Shown: piece by piece, positions 15,703-23,853 of the stretch | How the letters are laid out: each line of letters opens with the position of its first letter | How positions within the stretch are numbered: position 1 is the first letter of the stretch | DNA from: Candidatus Sulfomarinibacteraceae bacterium | GTDB taxonomy: Bacteria > Chloroflexota > Anaerolineae > Promineifilales > Promineifilaceae | NCBI GenBank assembly: GCA_035464315.1 | Contig: DATHSI010000227.1 | Location: 1 to 42,078, forward strand | Direction of reading: 5' to 3' | Length of the DNA: 42,078 bases | Notes under the pieces: model-generated | Seen by the model: only the letters and a program-made list of their open reading frames with translations | Database searches by the model: none | Told to the model about the DNA's origin: nothing | Made by a program: the position numbers and the translations under genes

Positions 15703-17445
15703 ATGCAACCGGAGTTCGTCATCATGTTGAAACGTCATTCGCAACTCTTTCTGCTCATCGCAGCCCTGGCAGCTTTTTCCCTGCTCGCCGTGGGCTGCCA
15801 GCCACAGCCGGAGCCGACGCCAGCACCGGAACCGTTCCCCGCACCGGTTGAGTTTGAGGCCAACGTCCTGCCGCCCGGTCCCGATCTACCCCGGGTCCAA
15901 TTGCGTCCGGGCCAGGCGCTGGTCGACGAACAGCTTGTGATCACCGGCGTCGGCGCAGACATCGACCGCGTGCTCGGTGCGCTGCCCGAGTTGCAGCTAG
16001 AGCCGTTGACCAGCACCTCTTTCGACTACCTGGAACGATACCAGTTGCCTGCGCCGGGCGGCGACCGGGATCAGCAGCAGAGCGTGGGCAAACGGCGCCG
16101 CAGCGGTCTGAGCTCCGTCATGCAGCAGGAGATGGCCACCCTGCGCGTTGACCTCTACGCGTTCTCCGCTGGCACTCCGCCGCTCTCCGACACACTGCAG
16201 ATCATCGCCGACACGGTTGAAGAGCTGGGCCAGGAACAGCAAGTACGCGTGGTCGCCGAGCCCAACTATGTGATGGGCTTCGAGATTACGGGCGACCCCT
16301 GGGCGGTTGAAGGCAGCCCGTGGGCCGTAGAGGGCAGCCCCTGGGCCGTGGAAGGGAGCCCCGCCGACGGCGGGCCGCATGCCAGCGATCACTTCTGGCA
16401 GCAGTGGGCCTTAGATGCCGGCAGCGGCATTGGCTTATTCTCTGCCGGCGCGCCTCCCGCCGGGCGTAATGCGGAGGGCGTGGGCGAGGGGATACGCGTT
16501 GCCGTTTTCGACACCTCGCCGTTTTCCGGCCCCGGCGGCTACCGTTTTGATCGCTGGGGACCGCCGGATGTACCGTCGCTGGCCCTCACTGTTTCAGAGC
16601 CGGTGGTGGTGCCCGTTTCTATGACCGGCGAGGATATTGTACTGATCAGCGACCACGGGCTCTTTGTCTCCGGCCTGGCCTACGCTGTGGCTCCCGCCGC
16701 CGAGATTCACCTGGTCAAGGTGTTGAATGAGCATGGGCAGGGCACGCTGCAGGCTTTCATCGACGCCCTGAACCTGTATATGCAGGAAAACGCCTCTCCG
16801 CCGGACGGCCTGAACAATACGATTATCAACCTCAGCCTGGGCACGTCGGAACCGGATGACGAGGAACTGCCGCCGGAAGCGCGACGCGCCATTGCGCGCA
16901 TGCTGGCGGTGTGGGGCTACCGGCCTCTGGCGGGCGAAGACAGCGTCGTCTTTTCGCTGGAATTGCCCATGCTCATCGCTGAAGGGCTGGGAGCCACCAT
17001 CGTCGCCGCTTCGGGCAATGACTCCATGAGCCCGCCGGAGGCCGCGCCGCTGCCGTCGCAGATTCCCGCCGCCTATCCGCAGATCCTTGGGGTCGAGGCC
17101 AGCAACCAGCAGCAGGCGCGTTCCTGCTTTGCTAACGAGGGCGATCTGGCTGCCCCGGGCGGCGATGGAGACGCCAACTGTGAGCCGGACCTGGAAGCCT
17201 GCGAAGGCATCGAGGGCGGCAGTTGCGGGGCCGGCGTTGTGAGCTATGTGCTGGCGGAACACGAGGGATTCGCCTACTGGGCGGGCACTTCGTTTGCCAC
17301 CCCCCTGGTCAGCGGCCTGGCGGGCCTGGTCCAGGAGGCGGGCGCCGGCAACCCCGACGTGGTACGTCAGACGGTGCTCTGCTCCGCTCAGAACACGGGC
17401 ATCGTAGATGTGGTGGAGGCGCTGACCAGTTGTGCCACGCCGTAG
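15703..17445 (+). CDS. subtilisin-like (S8) serine peptidase lipoprotein with PWAVEGS heptapeptide repeats
   Basis: Signal/lipobox LLAVGC. Asp region AVFDTS, His region SDHGLFVSGLAYAV, Ser region GTSFATPLVSGLAGL. Start taken at ATG 15703 (alternative 15724); the track ORF is extended upstream. Confidence 0.7.
   Translation: MQPEFVIMLKRHSQLFLLIAALAAFSLLAVGCQPQPEPTPAPEPFPAPVEFEANVLPPGPDLPRVQLRPGQALVDEQLVITGVGADIDRVLGALPELQLEPLTSTSFDYLERYQLPAPGGDRDQQQSVGKRRRSGLSSVMQQEMATLRVDLYAFSAGTPPLSDTLQIIADTVEELGQEQQVRVVAEPNYVMGFEITGDPWAVEGSPWAVEGSPWAVEGSPADGGPHASDHFWQQWALDAGSGIGLFSAGAPPAGRNAEGVGEGIRVAVFDTSPFSGPGGYRFDRWGPPDVPSLALTVSEPVVVPVSMTGEDIVLISDHGLFVSGLAYAVAPAAEIHLVKVLNEHGQGTLQAFIDALNLYMQENASPPDGLNNTIINLSLGTSEPDDEELPPEARRAIARMLAVWGYRPLAGEDSVVFSLELPMLIAEGLGATIVAASGNDSMSPPEAAPLPSQIPAAYPQILGVEASNQQQARSCFANEGDLAAPGGDGDANCEPDLEACEGIEGGSCGAGVVSYVLAEHEGFAYWAGTSFATPLVSGLAGLVQEAGAGNPDVVRQTVLCSAQNTGIVDVVEALTSCATP
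16297..16359 (+). repeat. 3 x 21-bp imperfect tandem repeat encoding PWAVEGS x3 inside the S8 peptidase gene
   Basis: ccctgggcggttgaaggcagc / ccgtgggccgtagagggcagc / ccctgggccgtggaagggagc. Confidence 0.6.
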
Positions 17446-17528
17446 CTGCGGTGGTTGCCAAGATCAGAGATTGCGTCAGTGCTGTATTGCCGGGCCAGCA
17501 TCGGGTTCATCGCACCCTCCTTTGTTAA

Positions 17529-17558
17529 CTTTACGTAAATATACGACTATGCTATAGT
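17529..17558 (+). promoter_or_regulatory. candidate promoter with extended -10 (TTTACG - 18 nt - TGcTATAGT) for the LysM gene
   Basis: AT-rich island in a GC-rich genome. It is followed by a short hairpin (ggggcgaagcccc) and a GAGGAGG SD before ATG 17618. Confidence 0.4.
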
Positions 17559-17617
17559 AAGCGGCAAAGATTGGGGCGAAGCCCCTTCGTCACTGTCTCA
17601 GTTGAGGAGGTGTAGAA

Positions 17618-18616
17618 ATGTCATCACGACAGAGCGTATTGAAGATAGCAGCATTCCTGCTTGTCGTGAGCCTGTTCCTGGCTGCGTGCGAGCGTCCCTT
17701 GCAGGACGCCGGCGACACGGCTGAGGAGGTGGCGACCGAGGTGGCCCAGGAGCTGGAAGAGGTGGATGGTGAGGAGGCGCCTGAGGAAACGGTGGCGCCC
17801 GCGCCAGATGAAGCCGAGGAAGCGGTGGCGACTGATGAGGAGACACCGGAAGCGACAGAAGTGCCAAGTGCGACGCCGGCGGACACGCCAGAAAGCGAAG
17901 TAGAGGACGACGCCTCGCCGCGGGCGGGTGATGACGAGGAAGCTGAGCCTACTGAAGAGGCGCAGGCTGACGACGAGGAAGAAGCGGAAGCGGCGGAAGA
18001 AACCGCGGCAGAAGACGAAGAAGCGGAGTCGGCAGAAGAGGAAATGGAAGCGGCCGAGGAGGAATCGGCGGAAGAAGCTGCGGCCACTGAGGCGGAGACG
18101 ACCGGGGAGGAGCGCGTGCACGTGGTGCAACCCGGCGAGAATTTGTACCGCATCGGCCTGCAGTACGGTATTTCCTGGGTTGTCCTGGCTGAGTACAACG
18201 GCATTCCCAACGCCAACGCCATCTACACGGGCCAGCAGATTCGGATACCGGCGACAGATGACGCCACGCCTACGCCTACGCCAACGCCGGATCCGTCTGC
18301 AGAGACGACGTACGTGGTGCAACCGGGTGACAATCTGTATCGTATTGGGCGCGCCTATGGTGTGAGTTGGGTGGAGATTGCCGAACTGAACGGCATTGTC
18401 AATCCCAACCAGATTTACGCGGGACAGGAGTTGCGGATCCCGGCTGAAGAGCCGGATCCCGCACCACAGGTGACGCACACGGTGCAGGCAAACGAGACGT
18501 TGTTCCGGATCAGCCTGCAGTACGGCGTGTCCTGGACGAGCATTGCCGAGGCCAACGATCTGACGTCGCCATACGTTATCTATCCCGGCCAGACGCTGGT
18601 TATCCCAGGCGGATAG
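17618..18616 (+). CDS. lipoprotein with acidic low-complexity region and three LysM domains
   Basis: Lipobox LAAC. Three repeats of the LysM pattern (HVVQPGENLYRIGLQYGISW..., YVVQPGDNLYRIGRAYGVSW..., HTVQANETLFRISLQYGVSW...). Confidence 0.75.
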   Translation: MSSRQSVLKIAAFLLVVSLFLAACERPLQDAGDTAEEVATEVAQELEEVDGEEAPEETVAPAPDEAEEAVATDEETPEATEVPSATPADTPESEVEDDASPRAGDDEEAEPTEEAQADDEEEAEAAEETAAEDEEAESAEEEMEAAEEESAEEAAATEAETTGEERVHVVQPGENLYRIGLQYGISWVVLAEYNGIPNANAIYTGQQIRIPATDDATPTPTPTPDPSAETTYVVQPGDNLYRIGRAYGVSWVEIAELNGIVNPNQIYAGQELRIPAEEPDPAPQVTHTVQANETLFRISLQYGVSWTSIAEANDLTSPYVIYPGQTLVIPGG

Positions 18617-18622
18617 ACAGCT

Positions 18623-19696
18623 TTGCAGCAAATAAGACAATGGACGGGCGTCATTCACGCCTATCAAGATTACCTGCCCTTTCCCCGCGATGCGCGCATC
18701 ATCAGCCTGAACGAGGGGCAGACACCCCTGATCCGCGCCGAGCGGCTGGCGTCTGCTCTAGCGCCTGACAGCGATTTTGATCTATACCTCAAGTATGAAG
18801 GGTTGAACCCCACGGGTTCCTTTAAAGATCGGGGCATGACCGCCGCCGTGACGCAGGCGGTGCGCGAGGGAGCGCACACCATTATCTGCGCCAGTACGGG
18901 CAACACCGCAGCCAGCGCTGCGGCTTATGCCGCGCGCGCCGGTTTGCGCTGCCTGGTGCTGGTGCCGGAAGGCAAGATTGCGCTGGGCAAGCTGGCGGCC
19001 TGTCTGGCCTACGGCGCAGAAGTAATCGCCATCGATGGCTCCTTCGACGACGCTCTTGAACTGGTGCGATCCATTGTGGCGAAGCACCCTATTGCGCTCG
19101 TCAATTCCGTCAACCCCTGGCGCTTGCAGGGGCAGAAGACGGGCGCCTTTGAGATCTGCGACCAGTTAGGGGGACGCGCTCCAGATTGGCACTGCCTGCC
19201 CGTGGGCAACGCGGGCAACATCACTGCGTACTGGATGGGTTACAAGGAGTATGAGCAGGGGAAGCCGCGCCTGTTGGGCGGTCAGGCTGCGGGGGCCGCG
19301 CCACTGGTGCAGGGCAGCGTGGTGCGTTCGCCAGAGACGGTGGCTACAGCCATTCGCATCGGCAACCCGGCGCGCTGGCACGAGGCGATGCAGGCGCTTG
19401 ACGAGTCCGGCGGCATCGTCACCGCCGTCAGCGACGAGGCGATCCTGGAGAGCTGGAAGCTGTTGGCCAGCGTCGAGGGTATTTTTGTAGAGCCAGCCTC
19501 GGCGACCGGCGTGGCGGCCCTGAAGCAGCAGATAGAACAGGGAGCCATCGACCCGCAGGGCAAAACGGCCGTCTGCGTGCTAACGGGCCACGGCCTGAAG
19601 GATCCGGACACGGCAGTCAATCAGGCGGCGGCCCCCCACACGCTGCCGGCAACGATTGAAGCGCTGGAAGGCTATCTGAGTGATAATGGTCGTTGA
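18623..19696 (+). CDS. thrC: threonine synthase (PLP-dependent, short class)
   Basis: NPTGSFKDRGMTAAV PLP-lysine motif characteristic of ThrC. Overall fold-type II PLP enzyme length. Confidence 0.85.
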   Translation: MQQIRQWTGVIHAYQDYLPFPRDARIISLNEGQTPLIRAERLASALAPDSDFDLYLKYEGLNPTGSFKDRGMTAAVTQAVREGAHTIICASTGNTAASAAAYAARAGLRCLVLVPEGKIALGKLAACLAYGAEVIAIDGSFDDALELVRSIVAKHPIALVNSVNPWRLQGQKTGAFEICDQLGGRAPDWHCLPVGNAGNITAYWMGYKEYEQGKPRLLGGQAAGAAPLVQGSVVRSPETVATAIRIGNPARWHEAMQALDESGGIVTAVSDEAILESWKLLASVEGIFVEPASATGVAALKQQIEQGAIDPQGKTAVCVLTGHGLKDPDTAVNQAAAPHTLPATIEALEGYLSDNGR

Positions 19697-19745
19697 ACGC
19701 GCCCGCCCATCGTTAACATCGGGCGGCAAGTTGCCAGCCCGTGGC

Positions 19746-20666
19746 TCAACCCCCGTCGCCGTAATCCAGAAAACGCTCTTCAATCCAGCCCGCTTCACCC
19801 TCTAACGTCTGCACCTCGCGCCATAGCGCACCGCCCTGGTTGGCTCGACGCGATAAGACGAGCAACGTCTGGCCGTGGCTGACCAGCTCCAGTTCCTGGC
19901 CGCCCGGTGATCGATAGAGCCAGATGTTGGCGCCGTCAGAGTCGACGACGGCCGTTTCTCCCTCCACCGGTGTCGGCGTCAGGGTAGGGGTGGGGGTGAA
20001 GGTCGGCGTGGGGGTTGACGTTGGCGTCTGGCTGGGGGTCGGTGTGGGGCTTGGCGTCCAGGTGGGGGTTGGCGTGTCGGTGGTGACGCGCGTGGGTGTG
20101 GCTGTGGCTGCCGCCGCTTCTTCTCCTTCCACCGTGGGCTCGCCAGGCTCGCCTTCATCCGTTGGCGTGGGAATGTCCGGCGTGGCTACCGGCGTTGTCT
20201 CCACGCCTTCGCCTTCGCTACCCTCAACCTCGTCATTTTCCGCGTCGAGCGTGGGTTCTTCGCGCGTGGGCACGCCACCGAAGGCGCCCGAGGAGGGGCG
20301 CGTAATTGTGGCGGTTCCCGTGATAGCCACAGTGGTGGTCATAGGCGCCGCCGGCTGGTCCTCCTCCGGTGACGGGACGGCGTCGCCGGCGACCGTCACC
20401 GGTGTCTCATCATCTACGCTGGCGACCGGTTCTACCTGCGGCTCACCCAGAGGCACCCCGGCGACGAAGAAGCCGGCGATCAGCAGCAGGCAGGCGAAAG
20501 CATAGCCTGTAAAGGCCCGCACCCGCAGATCAAGGCGATAAACGTCCAGACCCAGTCGTCGCATGAGCCCAGGTGATTGTCCGATGAGGGCCAGTGTTAC
20601 AAATATCAGGGCGCCAAGGGCCGAGAGACCCATGCCCCATAGAGTCCATGTTGGAAATCCCATCAT
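19746..20666 (-). CDS. membrane protein: N-terminal TM helices, Pro/Thr-rich linker, C-terminal SH3b-like domain
   Basis: Two hydrophobic helices at the N-terminus. TPTPTWTPSPTPTP linker. C-terminus ANIWLYRSPGG...GWIEERFLD is SH3_3-like. Confidence 0.5.
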   Translation of the reverse strand: MMGFPTWTLWGMGLSALGALIFVTLALIGQSPGLMRRLGLDVYRLDLRVRAFTGYAFACLLLIAGFFVAGVPLGEPQVEPVASVDDETPVTVAGDAVPSPEEDQPAAPMTTTVAITGTATITRPSSGAFGGVPTREEPTLDAENDEVEGSEGEGVETTPVATPDIPTPTDEGEPGEPTVEGEEAAAATATPTRVTTDTPTPTWTPSPTPTPSQTPTSTPTPTFTPTPTLTPTPVEGETAVVDSDGANIWLYRSPGGQELELVSHGQTLLVLSRRANQGGALWREVQTLEGEAGWIEERFLDYGDGG

Positions 20667-20845
20667 TGGCGGGATTATAACGGCTTTCGCCGCAAGGTGT
20701 TAATGAGCCGCGCCGCTTTCGCTACTTTCCAATCTGCACGTTATAATGTGGGAGATCCTGAAATGGTATACTGGCAAGAATAAGGAACCGTAAGTAACGA
20801 TCCGGCGGATCGTTTTACCTGGCAATACGACACACGGAGAATGCT

Positions 20846-22246
20846 ATGGCAAATCAATATCAAGCGATCGTCCTTGGCGCAGGGCCGGCCGGTTACGTCG
20901 CTGCCATCCGCGCGGCGCAGCTGGGCCTGAAAACGGCTATTGTGGAGAAAGAGGCCCTCGGAGGTGTTTGTCTCAATGTAGGCTGCATTCCCTCCAAAGC
21001 GTTGTTGAAAAATGCGGAGGTGGCCCACACGCTGCAGCACCGCGGCAAGGAGTTCGGATTCAGCTTCGAAAACCTGGACCTGGATTATGCTGCGGCTTTC
21101 ACGCGCAGCCGGCAGGTGAGCGAGCGGCTGGTCAAAGGCGTGGGTTTCCTTATGAGGAAGAATGAAATCGACGTGTTTGAAGGCGCCGGCTCGCTGACGG
21201 GACGCAATAGCTTGCAGGTGGCTCTGAACGACGGCGGCGAGGAGACGCTGAACTTTGACAACCTCATCCTGGCCACCGGCGCCCGGCCGCGCATGATTCC
21301 CGGCGTGGAGGTCGATGGCGAGAAGATTGTGACCTATCTGGAAGCAATCATGTCGGACGACGTGCCGGAGAAGGCCGTGATCATCGGCGCGGGCCCCATC
21401 GGTATGGAATTTGCCTACGTGTGGGCCAATTATGGAACGGACGTGACCATCGTTGAGATGATGTCGCATCTCCTACCCAACGAAGATCCGGAAGTCAGCC
21501 AGGTTGTGGAGAAGGCCTACCGCAAGCTGGGCATCACCTACCACACGGATAGCATGGTTGAAAGTGTGGAGACCACCGACGACGGTGTGAAGGTGAGCAT
21601 CAAAGATGGTGAGGATCTGGAGGTTGACCAGGTGCTGGTGGCCATTGGCTTCCAACCCAACGTAGACAGTATCGGCCTCAACGGCGATCTCGAGCTGGAG
21701 ACAAATGAGTGGGGCGGCATTGCCGTGGACGAGGGCATGCGCACCAGCGTTCCCAACATTTATGCCGTCGGCGATCTGGTTGCGCCTGAGAATTTGATGC
21801 TGGCTCACATTGGTTCGGCCATGGGCCTGGTCGCTGCGGAAACGATTGCCGAGCATCCGACGATCAGCCTGGAGTACCTGATGCTGCCGCGCTGTACATA
21901 TTGCCAGCCCCAGGTGGCCAGCTTTGGCTATACAGAGGAACAGGCCCAGGAAGAGGGCTACGAGATCAACGTGGGCAAATTCCCCTTCCAGCCCAACGGC
22001 AAAGCGCTGGGACTGGGCGAGCGCGACGGTTTTATCAAGATTGTGGCCGATGCTCGCTACGGTGAGATTCTGGGAGCGCACATGGTGGGCCCGGATGTCA
22101 CCGAGTTGCTGCCAGAGCTGACGCTGGCGCGCATGAACGAGCTGACCGCAGAGGAAATTGCGCGCAACGTGCACGCGCACCCCACGCTCAGCGAGGTGAT
22201 CATGGAGGCTGCGCACGGTGTGGAGGGGGATCCCATCCACATTTAG
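20846..22246 (+). CDS. lpdA: dihydrolipoyl dehydrogenase (E3)
   Basis: GGVCLNVGCIPSKALL redox-active disulfide motif. FAD/NAD Rossmann GxGxxG motifs. C-terminal HAHPTLSE dimerisation motif. Confidence 0.9.
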   Translation: MANQYQAIVLGAGPAGYVAAIRAAQLGLKTAIVEKEALGGVCLNVGCIPSKALLKNAEVAHTLQHRGKEFGFSFENLDLDYAAAFTRSRQVSERLVKGVGFLMRKNEIDVFEGAGSLTGRNSLQVALNDGGEETLNFDNLILATGARPRMIPGVEVDGEKIVTYLEAIMSDDVPEKAVIIGAGPIGMEFAYVWANYGTDVTIVEMMSHLLPNEDPEVSQVVEKAYRKLGITYHTDSMVESVETTDDGVKVSIKDGEDLEVDQVLVAIGFQPNVDSIGLNGDLELETNEWGGIAVDEGMRTSVPNIYAVGDLVAPENLMLAHIGSAMGLVAAETIAEHPTISLEYLMLPRCTYCQPQVASFGYTEEQAQEEGYEINVGKFPFQPNGKALGLGERDGFIKIVADARYGEILGAHMVGPDVTELLPELTLARMNELTAEEIARNVHAHPTLSEVIMEAAHGVEGDPIHI

Positions 22247-22260
22247 GCGCTTCTAGGATA

Positions 22261-22290
22261 AAAAAAGAGGCCGCTGATGCGGCCTCTCCA
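22261..22290 (-). terminator. rho-independent terminator (GAGGCCGC-tgat-GCGGCCTC + T-tract on minus strand) downstream of tRNA-Val
   Basis: Perfect 8-bp GC-rich stem with a 4-nt loop. It is followed on the minus strand by TTTTTT (plus strand aaaaaa at 22261-22266). Confidence 0.6.
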
Positions 22291-22291
22291 G

Positions 22292-22365
<74 letters not shown>

Positions 22366-22380
22366 GTGCAGCAAGAACAT

Positions 22381-22408
22381 ATTATATCATTTATTGGTCG
22401 CGTGGCAA
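22381..22408 (-). promoter_or_regulatory. candidate sigma70 promoter for tRNA-Val (TTGCCA - 16 nt - TATAAT on minus strand)
   Basis: Minus-strand TTGCCA (plus 22403-22408) and TATAAT (plus 22381-22386). The TATAAT lies ~15 nt upstream of the mature tRNA 5' end. Confidence 0.4.
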
Positions 22409-22449
22409 CAGGAGAAGGCAGCAGGCAGACGTGGAGGGCGTAGGCAGCC

Positions 22450-23853
22450 TTGGCACGACGCAAACGCAGAACCAGAGATGAGCAACCGGGCGGCAGCGGC
22501 GCCCAGGCAGGGTGGCAGCCCAATCTGCTTACCCTCGTAGCCATCGCCGTCCTGTTCAGCGTGGTTGCGGCTCTTTTCCTGCGCAGCAACCAGGGCCGTC
22601 CTTTGGGGCTGCCCGGCGCTTATGCCTGGGTCAGCGCCCTGACTATCGCCTTCGTGCTGCGCCTGCTGATCCTCGCCCGCTACGTGCTGCCACCCGAGGC
22701 GGACAGCGGCGCCGGCTCAACCTCGAACCGCGAGAGGGAGCGAAGTTGGCGTGAGGGGCTGCACATGTTGTTCTACTACTTTGGCGTGTTGGCCATGCCC
22801 ACCTGGCTGCGCAATCGTCTGCGGGCGCCCGCGCGCCAGGTTCCCTTCAATCTGCCCCCTTCCTTCGCCGAGTTTGAGGCCGGTTTTTTGGAGAGTCACC
22901 GTTTCCTGGTTCTGGGCCGAGGCGTTCGCTTTTCTAGAGCCGCGGGTCCAGGATACGTGCACCTGCAAAAAGGGGAGCGCATCGAAGAAGTTGTGGATCT
23001 TCGCCGCCAGGAGCGGCAGCAGGTGGTGGAGGCTGTGACTCGCGACGGCATTGAGCTGGAGGCCACGATCACGGTTTCCTTCCGGATTCGACAACCGGGC
23101 GAGCGGGACGGAAATGACGCGCCTGCGCCGGGCGCCATCCCCTATCCCTTCGACCGCGACGCCGCCTTTCGACTCACTTATGCTGACGGGATGGGTCCCA
23201 CGTCGGAAATTCCCTGGAATGAGCGCATCCATCCCCGCGCCGCTGCCTTGTTGGTGGCCGAGTTATCCACATACCGGCTGGATGAGCTGTTCTTGCCGGC
23301 GCCCGATGAGACGCTTAATCCAGCAGACAATGTCTCTGAAGATGCCGTTGCGGCGGACAACGGCGAAGATGCCATGGTTTCACCAATCCAGAACATTACG
23401 CACGCTGTGCACACTAACTTGCGCGATGAGGAACTGTTGCAGATTTTCGACTGCAGCGAGGCTGACGAATGCCCCGTGGAAATCCTGGAGGTGAGCGTCG
23501 ACCGACTGCAGCCGCCGGAAGATGTAATGCAGGAGCGCATTGAGAGCTGGCAGGACGCCTGGCAGCGACGCCGGGCGCGAGAAAGCGCCGCCCGCGGAGC
23601 GAGTCCCGAGAGCGATAGGGCGCGCGCCGTCGCCATGCTCAGGCTCGTGGAACACGTCATGCGCGACATTGAAGACGTGGAGCGCGCAGAACGACGGGCC
23701 CTGTGTAATGCTGTTCTGAATAACGTAACCGCCTTGATAGAGGATCTGGTCGCCGACGGCGAGCGCCATGTCCTGCCGCAACACAATCGCGAGGCGCTTG
23801 AGGATGCCACCCTGTGGCTGAAAGATCTACCGGGACCGGAGGATGCCCGATGA
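22450..23853 (+). CDS. membrane protein with SPFH/band-7 domain (paralog A)
   Basis: Arg-rich N-terminus followed by two TM helices. SPFH-like core FLVLGRGVRFSRAAGPGYVHLQKGERIEEVVDLRRQERQQVVEAVTRDGIELEATITVSFRI. TTG start in the track. Confidence 0.55.
   Translation: MARRKRRTRDEQPGGSGAQAGWQPNLLTLVAIAVLFSVVAALFLRSNQGRPLGLPGAYAWVSALTIAFVLRLLILARYVLPPEADSGAGSTSNRERERSWREGLHMLFYYFGVLAMPTWLRNRLRAPARQVPFNLPPSFAEFEAGFLESHRFLVLGRGVRFSRAAGPGYVHLQKGERIEEVVDLRRQERQQVVEAVTRDGIELEATITVSFRIRQPGERDGNDAPAPGAIPYPFDRDAAFRLTYADGMGPTSEIPWNERIHPRAAALLVAELSTYRLDELFLPAPDETLNPADNVSEDAVAADNGEDAMVSPIQNITHAVHTNLRDEELLQIFDCSEADECPVEILEVSVDRLQPPEDVMQERIESWQDAWQRRRARESAARGASPESDRARAVAMLRLVEHVMRDIEDVERAERRALCNAVLNNVTALIEDLVADGERHVLPQHNREALEDATLWLKDLPGPEDAR

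Noticed and set aside
17624-18667. 347-aa minus-strand ORF antisense to the LysM gene
   Set aside because: Arg/Phe/Leu-rich mirror of the acidic repeat region. The plus frame encodes three clean LysM domains.
19697-19745. Imperfect GC-rich hairpin (gcccgccc...gttaac...gggcggc) between convergent thrC and the membrane protein gene
   Set aside because: The arms do not pair cleanly and there is no flanking T-tract, so there is insufficient evidence for a terminator.
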